Origin: Thermoproteota archaeon
GTDB lineage: Archaea > Thermoproteota > Thermoprotei > Thermofilales > B9-G17
Assembly (NCBI GenBank): GCA_029258885.1
Contig: JAPDJW010000003.1
Coordinates: forward strand, 32,001-96,000
Reading direction: 5' to 3'
DNA: 64,000 nucleotides
Part shown: piece after piece, positions 18,776-28,219 of the stretch
Layout: each line of letters begins with the position of its first letter
Position numbering within the stretch: the stretch's first letter is position 1
Notes under the pieces: generated by a model
Databases searched by the model: none
Seen by the model: only the letters and a program-made list of their open reading frames with translations
Told to the model about the DNA's origin: nothing
Program-made: the position numbers and the translations under genes

Positions 18776-19471
18776 TTGAATGCTATGGAGAGGGTTTTCA
18801 GGGCTATTGAGAAGGCTACTAGGGGAGGCAGATTTAAGCCTAGGATGAGGATACTCTATACGCTTACCGACGATACGTATTCTCACCTGCTCTTTGAAGC
18901 ATTCATAAAGTACGAGAGGAAGTTCCCTTATGTTGAGATTGAGGTCTTATTCGTGGATGAGGGGTTAGGCAGGGACATTAATTCTGTAAGGAAATTCTGT
19001 GAAGAACTGGATTTAAAACTTAATATAGTGTCATTCAGGGACGTATTTAACGTGGATCTTCAACATCTCCAAGGTTCCTGGATTTTCCCTGATAAATGCT
19101 TCCTATGTAGATATCTGAAGAGGCTTATTATGGTACGATACATGAAGAACTATGGCTTCGATATAGTGGTTCTAGGAACATATCTAGAGCGCTTCATTGT
19201 AAATAGTATATTGGAACTAGTGTTGAAGCCTAGGATAATTAATATATTTAATGATTATATTGCCGAGCCTTTTAGAAGAGTTTCCCTGAGCGATATTGAA
19301 AGGATCGCTGACGATAGAGGGATTAAGTTGAAAAGCTTTAAATGTCCGCTTAAGAGCAGAATAGAGTTAACGTGCAAGAAATACGTGAATGAAATTCTTG
19401 ATAAAGGATATTTTCCGAAATACGCGATGGCTAAAGGGTTTGAGGAAGTAGCTAAAAGGATTAAACCTTAA
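18776..19471 (+). CDS. Degenerate TtuA/NcsA (PP-loop tRNA thiolase) paralog
   Basis: VDEG, SF.DVF, CFLC, KCP, and EPF..VS..DI align with TtuA order; SGGKDS replaced by TDDTYS. Confidence 0.7.
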   Translation: MNAMERVFRAIEKATRGGRFKPRMRILYTLTDDTYSHLLFEAFIKYERKFPYVEIEVLFVDEGLGRDINSVRKFCEELDLKLNIVSFRDVFNVDLQHLQGSWIFPDKCFLCRYLKRLIMVRYMKNYGFDIVVLGTYLERFIVNSILELVLKPRIINIFNDYIAEPFRRVSLSDIERIADDRGIKLKSFKCPLKSRIELTCKKYVNEILDKGYFPKYAMAKGFEEVAKRIKP

Positions 19472-19513
19472 ATTTCTATTAACAAATATATTCCTCTCGA
19501 CATTGCGGTTAAA

Positions 19514-19978
19514 GTGGTAAACATGGATCTACTGCTAAATATCGTAGCAAAATATGGTTTAATAGGCTTATTCATACTCACCATAGTTCAATCCATTATA
19601 CCGCCTATACCAAGCGATCTCATAGTATTCTCACTCACCTTACTAAAGGTGAATCCATCTCTAGCAACAATAGTCTCTACAGCTGGCTTAACCATAGGCT
19701 CAGCCATAAACTACTATGTAGGCCTAAAGGGCTTAAGAAAAATAGTCGTCAAACTACTCAATAGGAAGAGCGTAGCTAAGGCTGAGGAAATAATAGAAAA
19801 ACACGGTGTAAAAGCCGTATTTGTCCTCCGACTAATACCGCTAGTCTCAATAGATGCAGTCTCTTATGCTGCTGGAGTACTGAGGCTAGACTTCAAAAAA
19901 TTCATCCTAGCAAGCATTCCGGGAATAGCCGTCCGTATGGCAGTCGTAAGCTTTCTAGGATACAGCATTCCACTATAA
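19514..19978 (+). CDS. DedA/VTT (SNARE-associated) membrane protein, short C-terminus
   Basis: IIPPIPSD, LRLIPLVSIDAVSYAAG, FILASIPG. Confidence 0.88.
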   Translation: MVNMDLLLNIVAKYGLIGLFILTIVQSIIPPIPSDLIVFSLTLLKVNPSLATIVSTAGLTIGSAINYYVGLKGLRKIVVKLLNRKSVAKAEEIIEKHGVKAVFVLRLIPLVSIDAVSYAAGVLRLDFKKFILASIPGIAVRMAVVSFLGYSIPL

Positions 19979-20095
19979 TATCCTATTCATTCTAGCTACC
20001 TATTGAAGAATTCTTCCATCTACAATATATATGGTAATTAATATATTTTAGGTAAATTTAAATATTCTTCCATTCTAGTATTTATTGGTGATTAA

Positions 20096-20326
20096 GTGGA
20101 ATCCATAGTTAAAATGGATAAGCAGGGCAGAATATTAATCCCCATCGAAATTAGGAAGAAGATTAGTTCAAGAGTCTTTATAGTAAACATAAGCAATGAT
20201 GAAATAATATTAAAACCTATTAAGGATACTAAGTTGACAGATTTCTTCGACAGTATTGAAGTGGACGTAGACGACTTTACGGATACTCATAAGCTACGTA
20301 AAGCCCTACTAGAGGGAAGAAAATGA
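20096..20326 (+). CDS. AbrB/MazE family antitoxin
   Basis: KMDKQGRILIPIEIRK; ATGA overlap with PIN gene. Confidence 0.9.
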   Translation: MESIVKMDKQGRILIPIEIRKKISSRVFIVNISNDEIILKPIKDTKLTDFFDSIEVDVDDFTDTHKLRKALLEGRK

Positions 20327-20748
20327 GGTTTATCGATTCAAGCGTCTTCCTACATGCATTTCTCAAGCCAAGGAGAAGATTAAGTCCTAGGGAGGCTACG
20401 ATTAAAGCCGAGGCTAAAAGAATAATAAAGCGAATTGACGAGGAAGAAGAAAACGTAGCAACTACGGTTGTTCACTTAAGCGAGGTTGTAAATATCATTG
20501 AAGCTAGGCATGGGCTTCAGAAAAGCCTAAGTTTTCTCGCTAGAATACTGAAACTGGAGAATGTTGAAGTTCTCGGTGTAACAGCGAGAGATTATGAGAA
20601 GGCCTTAATTTTTTCAGAAAAATACTATGTAAGCATAAATGATGCACTGGCCTACGTTAAAATGGTAGGCTCGGGAGTAAATGAAATATATACGTTTGAC
20701 AGACACTTTAAAAATATCCCTGGAATAATTATCCTTCCAAAGGTTTAG
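20323..20748 (+). CDS. vapC: VapC PIN-domain toxin
   Basis: FIDSSVF, SINDALA, YTFDRHF. Confidence 0.95.
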   Translation: MRFIDSSVFLHAFLKPRRRLSPREATIKAEAKRIIKRIDEEEENVATTVVHLSEVVNIIEARHGLQKSLSFLARILKLENVEVLGVTARDYEKALIFSEKYYVSINDALAYVKMVGSGVNEIYTFDRHFKNIPGIIILPKV

Positions 20749-20811
20749 ATTAAAATTTCTTGATAACGAAATTGTCAAAGACCTGCACTCAGGGGGAGGA
20801 GGAAAAGGTTT

Positions 20812-20832
20812 AAATTTGACGCAGTCAAATTT
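20812..20832. promoter_or_regulatory. Perfect palindrome AAATTTGAC-GCA-GTCAAATTT, candidate DtxR-family operator
   Basis: 9-bp arms overlapping the putative BRE/TATA (GAAAAGGTTTAAA) upstream of the metal ABC operon. Confidence 0.65.
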
Positions 20833-20848
20833 TATTATATAAAATTAA

Positions 20849-21862
20849 TTGGGTGCAGATATGAGAGGTCATATAGCAGCTACTTTAATACTTTTAGTGA
20901 TACTATCTGCTATTAGTAATGTAGGATCTGGGTTGAAGGGAATAGTCGTAGCTGCGTCTATAGAGCCCCTTGCAGCTATAGCCTCTGAAATATGCGGAGC
21001 CATGGGGGATGTTCTTGTGCTTGTTCCTGAGGGAGTTGAACCCCATGCCTTCCAGCTTACTCCGGACGTTATTAAGGTAGCTGAGTCTGCGGATCTGATA
21101 GTCCATACCGGTCACATGAGCTGGGAATTTAAGCTCGTGAACGTTACGGGTAAGCCTTCGGTTGGCTTGGATGAATACCTGGCGTATGGTTTGAACTTAT
21201 CCTATATTCCAGGTACAGGCGATTTGAATCTCCATGGGTACTGGCTTAAAGTCGAAAATTCAATCGCCATAGCTAGGGCTATAGCCCATAAGCTTGCGGA
21301 GATAGATCCAGGTAATGCTGAATTCTATATGGATAACTTGAAGCATTTTGAGAATAAGGTTAAGGCATTAAAGTCCTTTATTGAAAGCACTGTGGAATCA
21401 TACGGTATAAATGGCGTAAAGGTTATAGTAACCTTTCCGGCTGAGGCATATGTTGCCGAATCATTTAGTCTGGAGCCCGTAGCCTCAATAGTTAAGGGAC
21501 CTAACCTATTCATATCTGGAAGCGAGCTATATAGGGTTTCGGAGATGCTTAAAAACGGTTCGGTTAAGCTAATTCTTTTATCGAAGTTATCTCAGAAGAT
21601 GAAGGCAGTCGAGTACGCTTATCAGCTCTCAAGGGATACTGGGGTAAAAATAGCCTATGTGAGGACTATAAGTATTCAAGGTTTAAATGACTATTTCGGT
21701 CTAGTAACGTATAACCTAGGGTCGATAGTCTCAGCTCTCAGTAGCTCATCATCCAATACTAGTAGCATAAATGAGGTTTACTACCTAGTTACAATAGTTT
21801 TATTAACCCTTATATCCGTAGTCGAGCTGATAATAATATTTAGGTTGAAGGTGATGATATGA
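20849..21862 (+). CDS. Zn/Mn ABC transporter substrate-binding protein (ZnuA/TroA-like), C-terminal TM anchor
   Basis: EPHAFQLTP, NLHGYWL; cluster A-I fold pattern. Confidence 0.92.
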   Translation: MGADMRGHIAATLILLVILSAISNVGSGLKGIVVAASIEPLAAIASEICGAMGDVLVLVPEGVEPHAFQLTPDVIKVAESADLIVHTGHMSWEFKLVNVTGKPSVGLDEYLAYGLNLSYIPGTGDLNLHGYWLKVENSIAIARAIAHKLAEIDPGNAEFYMDNLKHFENKVKALKSFIESTVESYGINGVKVIVTFPAEAYVAESFSLEPVASIVKGPNLFISGSELYRVSEMLKNGSVKLILLSKLSQKMKAVEYAYQLSRDTGVKIAYVRTISIQGLNDYFGLVTYNLGSIVSALSSSSSNTSSINEVYYLVTIVLLTLISVVELIIIFRLKVMI

Positions 21863-22281
21863 GCGTTAAACCTTCTAGGAGGGAACTAGACTACATAGTA
21901 GTTCTCTACGAGCTCGAAGCTATTCCGGGTACTAATAAGCTTGTAGGTCCTCAAATAATCTCAAAGAAGCTAGGTGTAGATCCATCCACAGCCGTCATAA
22001 TGCTTAAGAAGCTATATAGGAAGGGCTACGTCAAGTATAGGCGCAGAAGAGGCTATGCCCTGACAGTTAAGGGCTTAAAGGTTGTTGAGGAGGTAGTCTG
22101 GAGGCATAGGATCCTAGAGGTATTCTACGTCGAATACCTAGGGCTTGAAGTCGAGGAGGCATGCTGTTTAGCTAGGGAGACCGACCTACACACCCCCGTA
22201 CAGGTCATAGAGAGGCTTTCAAAGTACATAGGCAAGCCTAAGTGCTGTCCCCATGGTAAGCCGATACCTTATCCGAGGTGA
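21859..22281 (+). CDS. DtxR/MntR family metal-dependent transcriptional regulator
   Basis: wHTH, RHRILEVF, CPHGKPIP. Confidence 0.93.
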   Translation: MSVKPSRRELDYIVVLYELEAIPGTNKLVGPQIISKKLGVDPSTAVIMLKKLYRKGYVKYRRRRGYALTVKGLKVVEEVVWRHRILEVFYVEYLGLEVEEACCLARETDLHTPVQVIERLSKYIGKPKCCPHGKPIPYPR

Positions 22282-22288
22282 GGGCTAA

Positions 22289-23065
22289 ATGTATTCCCTT
22301 GAGGTTGAAAATCTGAGGGTTGCCTACAACTCCCACATAGCTTTAGAAGATGTCTCGTTCAAGTCTAAGCATCCATCAATTCTCACGATTATAGGTCCTA
22401 ATGGCGCTGGAAAATCTACGCTAGTTAAAGCTGCCCTAGGCCTAGTAGACTTCGAGGGAAAGATAAAGGTTCTCGGAATAGATGTTAAGAGCCATGCGAA
22501 TGAGGTTAGGAGAATATCTGGCTATGTGCCTCAGAAGGAACATATAGAATACAGTATACCCGTTAAGGTCAAAGACGTCGTTTTAATGGGCCTACTTGCT
22601 AAACGTGCACCACCTAGAGTAGTCACTAAGAGAGATATATTGAGGGCTAAGGAGGCCCTAAGGATGGTTAACGCCGAGAACCTATGGGATAGAAGATTCA
22701 CCGACCTCTCTGGTGGACAGCAACAGAGGGTTATGATAGCTAGAGCCCTTGTATCAAACCCTAAGATACTGTTCCTTGATGAGCCGTTCTCAGGAGTTGA
22801 CAGCACCACGCAGCTGACGCTAATAAGGTTCCTCTACGAGCTTAGGATAAAGCATGGGGTCTCAATAGTACTGGTGGTGCACGATGTGAACCATATTATG
22901 GAGTGCATAGATGAAATACTGATATTAAACAGGAGGCTTATAGCCCACGGACGCCCAGACGAAGTTATCAGCGAGGAGATACTCGAAAAGGCTTATGGAA
23001 AGGGTGTTAAGGTAATTAGACACGGTGGAATATGTTACCCAATAACGGGTGACTTCCATGCATGA
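22289..23065 (+). CDS. Metal ABC transporter ATP-binding protein (ZnuC-like)
   Basis: GPNGAGKS, LSGGQQQR, LDEPF, VHD. Confidence 0.95.
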   Translation: MYSLEVENLRVAYNSHIALEDVSFKSKHPSILTIIGPNGAGKSTLVKAALGLVDFEGKIKVLGIDVKSHANEVRRISGYVPQKEHIEYSIPVKVKDVVLMGLLAKRAPPRVVTKRDILRAKEALRMVNAENLWDRRFTDLSGGQQQRVMIARALVSNPKILFLDEPFSGVDSTTQLTLIRFLYELRIKHGVSIVLVVHDVNHIMECIDEILILNRRLIAHGRPDEVISEEILEKAYGKGVKVIRHGGICYPITGDFHA

Positions 23066-23894
23066 ACTAGTACAGTATCTGCTACAGCCCTTCGTCATCA
23101 GAGCATTGATATCGGCAGTACTGACCAGTACGATTGCTGCAATGATAGGTTCGTTCATGGTATTTAGAGGACTATCATTTATGGCTTCAGGTGTAGCCCA
23201 CGCAGCACTGGGGGGAGCGGCACTTGGGCTATTCCTCCAAGTCATTGGGTTATCGTGGTTTGACCCGATCCTAGGGGCTCTACTATTTGGAGTGCTGGTG
23301 GCAGTAGTTACTGGCTACGTTGGCGAACGTGGAATAGCCAGTAAAATGGAGGTAGCGATAGGAGTAACCTTTGCATTCGCTATGAGTATAGCAGTACTCT
23401 TCATGACCGTATTACCTGCAGAACACCTACCGAGGATATGGGGTCTCCTAGTGGGAGATATACTCCTCCTAACTAATACTGATATACTTATCCTATTGGT
23501 TTCGTCGATCATTGTATCGCTTATAACCATGCTCTTCTTCAAGGAGTTTATCTATATATCGTTCGATATCGAGGGTGCCTCAGCTCACGGGATGAACGTA
23601 AGGCTATACAACTACCTACTCCTAATACTTATGGCTATATCAATAATTGTTGCAGTAAAATCCGTTGGAGCAATACTAGTCTACACAGTAATGGTAATAC
23701 CCGCTGCAGCGGCCAGTGAAATTGGAGAAAGTATACATAAAATCATAGTATTAATCTTCGTAATAGCTTTCCTATCACAGTTTATTGGAATAATAGCATC
23801 ATATTACTTAAGCACATCGCCAAGTGCAATAGCTGGCATAATATCTTCAACAATTTACATGATAGTTATCGTTAAAAGGAGGGTTAAGGGCTGA
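23049..23894 (+). CDS. Metal ABC transporter permease (ZnuB-like)
   Basis: VAHAALGG, LVGDILL, VGAILV. Confidence 0.95.
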   Translation: MTSMHELVQYLLQPFVIRALISAVLTSTIAAMIGSFMVFRGLSFMASGVAHAALGGAALGLFLQVIGLSWFDPILGALLFGVLVAVVTGYVGERGIASKMEVAIGVTFAFAMSIAVLFMTVLPAEHLPRIWGLLVGDILLLTNTDILILLVSSIIVSLITMLFFKEFIYISFDIEGASAHGMNVRLYNYLLLILMAISIIVAVKSVGAILVYTVMVIPAAAASEIGESIHKIIVLIFVIAFLSQFIGIIASYYLSTSPSAIAGIISSTIYMIVIVKRRVKG

Positions 23895-24175
23895 ATGTCT
23901 GCTCTTGAACATGAATTCGCAGCATGAACTCTTTTAACAAATGCTACTATTATCCAGAGCGAGATTTCATTCGAATCATTCAATAACCTATATTTACTCT
24001 TAAATACTTTTAACTTGTAAAGGTTATAGGAGATAGGTGAAAGTAATATTGCTGCATAATTATTTTTCTTTTCAATTATATTAATGATATTTAACTCGAT
24101 TAAGTATTTAAAACCCCTTTCTTTCAACTGGAAAAGTGTATATATGTGTATTAGCTAAATAATACGGGAGCTACT

Positions 24176-24691
24176 ATGGCCACCATACCCTTGGTAGATC
24201 TTTTTCTCAAGGAGATCTCTAAATTAGCTAAGATGTACGGAATGGACGTAAATGTTTATTCGCTCAATAGGGGCTTTGGCCTAGATTTAGATGAGAAGTA
24301 TGAAGCAGTAAAACTGTTTGAATTATTAAATATTCTGACTATTAAGGATGCATCTGTTAAGCTTACGGACGTGGGGGAGAAGTTGGTAGTTAAGTGTATA
24401 AGGATAGCTAACCACGTAATTACAAACCACCTCGATTTCAAGGATGATAGAGGCAGGGTTTTAGGTAAGGTTCTCTATATCTGTTCAAGAATGATGCCAA
24501 GCTGGAGAAATATAGACGATGCACTAAACTATCTAGATACTGTGCTTGAGAAGCTGGAAGAGCTGAGGGAGAAAAACTACGATAAATATCTAGCTATACT
24601 TGGAGTCATAGGGTATTACAATAAATATGCACACGAGGATATTTTAACGGAAATATTAAAAATAGAGGAGATTCAGGCTGAGATTACCTGA
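24176..24691 (+). CDS. Hypothetical protein with winged-helix-like N-terminal half
   Basis: VKLTDVGEKLV wing motif; otherwise unrecognised. Confidence 0.65.
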   Translation: MATIPLVDLFLKEISKLAKMYGMDVNVYSLNRGFGLDLDEKYEAVKLFELLNILTIKDASVKLTDVGEKLVVKCIRIANHVITNHLDFKDDRGRVLGKVLYICSRMMPSWRNIDDALNYLDTVLEKLEELREKNYDKYLAILGVIGYYNKYAHEDILTEILKIEEIQAEIT

Positions 24692-26007
24692 TCCCTTATA
24701 AGCATTGATCCAGTTACTAGGTTGCCTATTTTTTCTCTATCCCTGCCTAATGCTACGATCTTAGCTAGTAGATCTAGGATGTTACCCCCAAGCATAGCCT
24801 GCCTAACTGAATACTTAATCTCCCCGTTTTCAACGTAGTAGCCTTCTCCTACGGCTACACTAAATTCCCCCGTAATGATATTTGCTGTATGTGCGCCTAT
24901 AATCCACCTAATAATCAACCCCCTATCAACTTCAGATATTAAGTCTTCATAGCTCTTCTCATATGTAGAGTTAATTATGAGGTTTGATGGACTTATGCTC
25001 GGCTCCGAGCTGTAGCCTCGTGACGCGTGTCCTGTACTTTCAATTCCTTCGCGCTGGGCACGATAGGTATCATAGAGGTACGATTTAAGGATTCCATTCT
25101 CTACAACGGTAAGTCTTCTGGAGGCCACTCCCTCGGCATCAAAGGGCCTAGAGTTTATTCCTTCAGGCATAAGTGGGTCATCAATTATATTCAGTCCTCT
25201 AAACGCTATCTCTTTCTCAAGCTTATTGACTAGGAAGGATCTCTTCTCCTGAACGTTATCTGCTGTTACAGCACTATTAAAAGTATTTGAGAACAGTAGC
25301 ATTACAGCTATTGGGTTGAGGACAACCCACATTCGCCCTCCAGTAATTCTCTTAGAATTCAGTTGATCAATTGACCGTTTCACAGCCTTCCTACAGAGAG
25401 AATCGAAGTCTATCTTCCTAACGTCTCTCTCGTGTTTTAGTTCGAAGCCGGATGCACTTAATCCCTTATCCTTAGATACTATGAATACTGATGCTGAGGC
25501 GCTAGCAGATCTATAGTTAAACTCCATGCCAAGGGAATTAGCTATATAGACTTCACCAGCACTTAAAGATATATTTCCAGCCACAGACTTGACCCTAGGA
25601 TCCTCTTCGAGGGCTTTCTCAACCATATTTCGGGCAACCTTGATGGCTTCATCCAGCTCGAACTCCACTGTTGAGTTGAAGTATATTCCCTCAACTCTAG
25701 GTATAGGCTTAGGCTCGGGGAAGCTCTTGAAGTAGGGATCAGGGCCCCTAATCTTAGCTACAGATATAGCCTTCTTAACGGTATAATCTATGCTCTCCTC
25801 GCTTAAATTCTCAGTATAAGCGAAGCCTATTCCTCCGCTGTAGATCAGCCTAATACCTATGCCTCGCGACATGCGCTCCCTGACAGTCTTTATATCGTTG
25901 CCTTCAATCTCAACTATACGGTTTAGAGAGCTGGATCCATAGGCTTCAACTTGGCTGGCGCCGTACTTCAATCCCAGCTTAATAGCCTTATTTAATACAT
26001 CCATCAT
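24673..26007 (-). CDS. tldE: TldE/PmbA family protein
   Basis: PFDAEGV, TGHASRGY, TGEFSV; coupled to tldD. Confidence 0.93.
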   Translation of the reverse strand: MMDVLNKAIKLGLKYGASQVEAYGSSSLNRIVEIEGNDIKTVRERMSRGIGIRLIYSGGIGFAYTENLSEESIDYTVKKAISVAKIRGPDPYFKSFPEPKPIPRVEGIYFNSTVEFELDEAIKVARNMVEKALEEDPRVKSVAGNISLSAGEVYIANSLGMEFNYRSASASASVFIVSKDKGLSASGFELKHERDVRKIDFDSLCRKAVKRSIDQLNSKRITGGRMWVVLNPIAVMLLFSNTFNSAVTADNVQEKRSFLVNKLEKEIAFRGLNIIDDPLMPEGINSRPFDAEGVASRRLTVVENGILKSYLYDTYRAQREGIESTGHASRGYSSEPSISPSNLIINSTYEKSYEDLISEVDRGLIIRWIIGAHTANIITGEFSVAVGEGYYVENGEIKYSVRQAMLGGNILDLLAKIVALGRDREKIGNLVTGSMLIRDQVISA

Positions 26008-27395
26008 CTTCTACCACCCACTACGGCATTAACTATCCTAACATGGGGACCTCCCGTTCCCGCGGGGACGCCTTGCCCTCCCTTACCACATGTACCTGAC
26101 CTAAGCTTAAAGTCCTTTCCTACAGCATCTATATTTTTAAGCGTCTCTAGAGTCAATCCTGAAAGCGATACATCGAGTAAAGGTTTAGTTATCTCCCCAT
26201 TCTCTATCAAATACGCCTCCTTAGCATTAAACTGGAACGTGCCTTTAGCCGTATCCACCTGCCCTCCCCTACTGCCCAGCAGGTATACGCCATACTTTAT
26301 TTCGGATACCATTTCCTCAAAGCTCCAGTCCCCAGGAGCCATGTACGTATTGCTCATCCTAACTATAGGTGGATGCATGTAGTCCTGAGCTCTAGCTCCT
26401 CCATTAGGCTTCATTCCAAGCTTAAACGCTGTATACCTATCATTGATGTAGCCGACCAATATTCCTTCGTCGATCAATAGCCTCTTCTCCGTAGGCACAC
26501 CCTCATCATCATATTTAAGCGACCCCCAGCCATTAGGATAGGTTGAATCATCGTAGATAGTAACTAGTTCGGAGCCTATCCTCTCCCCAAGCATATTAGT
26601 TAAAATAGATTCCTTAGCTACGATTCCATCCCCCTCACAGGCGTGTCCTACGGCTTCATGTGTAAACACGCCGGTCAAATCCGGGTCGGCTATAACCGTA
26701 AACCTTCCAGACGGTGCAGGCTCAGCCTTAAGCATCTTTACGGCTTTCTCAGAAATCCTTTTAGCCCAGCCTTCCAAATCAAATTTCCTATATGCCTCGT
26801 ATCCAGAGACGAAGCTTTCTCCATCCATATGGGAGCTTATACGTCCTGCCTCAAACGCCGTAACTATAAGAAATATCCTAGTCCTAGGGGTAACGTATCT
26901 TATAAGTGTGCCCTCGCTAGTGGCAATAATCTTCTCCCTATATTCGTCGAGCAGCCTAACTGTTGAGTTAACTATCCTTGAATCAAATGCTCTAGCAAAC
27001 TTGCTGACCTCAAGCGCTATATTCTTCTTAAAGTCAAGATCCACCACATGAGGCTTTTCAGTAGATGGAACAACCAAATCATCCCTTACACACTTAACTT
27101 CCGCTAACTGTATCTTCTCCCTCTTAAATAGCGACGACAATTTAGCGGATTTTACACACGACCTAGCAAGCCTATCTAAGAGATCCTTATCTAGGGAGCT
27201 TGCTGATACGAAGGAGTATGCACCATCAGCGAGAACCCTTAAACCCATGCCCCTCCTAACGCCTACATTAACTCTTTCAATTCTATCGTTCGTAACCACT
27301 ATCTGAGTAGTATATATTTGCTCAATCCTCACGTCGGCATAGCTAGCGCCGTAACTAATAGCTCTATCTAGAATATACTCAACTAAATCATTCAT
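26004..27395 (-). CDS. tldD: TldD metalloprotease
   Basis: HEAVGHACEGD (HExxGH), YDDEG, VRMSNTY, TCGKGGQ. Confidence 0.95.
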   Translation of the reverse strand: MNDLVEYILDRAISYGASYADVRIEQIYTTQIVVTNDRIERVNVGVRRGMGLRVLADGAYSFVSASSLDKDLLDRLARSCVKSAKLSSLFKREKIQLAEVKCVRDDLVVPSTEKPHVVDLDFKKNIALEVSKFARAFDSRIVNSTVRLLDEYREKIIATSEGTLIRYVTPRTRIFLIVTAFEAGRISSHMDGESFVSGYEAYRKFDLEGWAKRISEKAVKMLKAEPAPSGRFTVIADPDLTGVFTHEAVGHACEGDGIVAKESILTNMLGERIGSELVTIYDDSTYPNGWGSLKYDDEGVPTEKRLLIDEGILVGYINDRYTAFKLGMKPNGGARAQDYMHPPIVRMSNTYMAPGDWSFEEMVSEIKYGVYLLGSRGGQVDTAKGTFQFNAKEAYLIENGEITKPLLDVSLSGLTLETLKNIDAVGKDFKLRSGTCGKGGQGVPAGTGGPHVRIVNAVVGGRR

Positions 27396-27474
27396 AATTA
27401 TCCGAAAAAGCCTTTAGATATAAAAGTTCTGCTATCTTGCAATCCCCTTTATCCTATCAACTGACCTTTTGAAC

Positions 27475-27777
27475 CTAAATTAATCCAAGCTTCTTTTTAG
27501 CTTTCTCAGACATTCTATCTGGAGTCCAGGGCGGATCCCATACAAGCTCTACTTTAACATCACTAACATCCTTAATACTTCTAATCTTAGCCTCAACAAG
27601 CCTTACTAAATAGAAGCTCATCGGACATCCGGGCGTAGTTAAAGTCATCTTAACGTACACATTCTTCTCGTTCTCAACCTTAACATCGTATATAAAACCT
27701 AGGTCAACAATACTTAAGCCAAGCTCCGGATCATAAACCTCTCTAAGCTTATCCCAAACCTCTTCCTTAGTAACCAT
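27475..27777 (-). CDS. Metal-sulfur cluster assembly factor (DUF59/SufT/MIP18)
   Basis: VYDPELGLSIVDLG, MTLTTPGCP, VWDPPWTP. Confidence 0.95.
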   Translation of the reverse strand: MVTKEEVWDKLREVYDPELGLSIVDLGFIYDVKVENEKNVYVKMTLTTPGCPMSFYLVRLVEAKIRSIKDVSDVKVELVWDPPWTPDRMSEKAKKKLGLI

Positions 27778-28219
27778 TTAAAACACCGCTATACTTTTCA
27801 AGTATACTTAGAGGAACTCGTATTTTAAGATATCCATGATAATCAAGACTGTAAGCATGGGCGTTGATAAAGCTTTAGTTTTCCCGCTATGCCTACGAGG
27901 CCGCTTTAGTTAGCGAATAATCTATAAATTATGAATATGCAGCTAAATATGGTGATGTGATACCATAGTGAGGTCTAAGGTAGGGGGCAAGGTTTTACTT
28001 CTAAAAGTCCCCTCTTCACAGCTACGGAAACATAGAGGCAACCGTAACGACGCCCTGTAATCTAAAGGCCAACTGGACGTGGAACTGCAACATTAAAGAG
28101 GATAAATGCGGGCTTAAGGTGTTATTGAGGGCTAAAACTCCAGGAGTAATTGAGCTAGCGAAAATATAGAATTTAAACTTCTAAAATATTTATAAACCAT
28201 TAGAAGTCTTATTTCTAAT

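Noticed and set aside
23855-24127. 90-aa minus-strand ORF as a real gene or PIN remnant
   Set aside because: Lies in AT-rich promoter-like DNA, overlaps the permease end, no convincing motif
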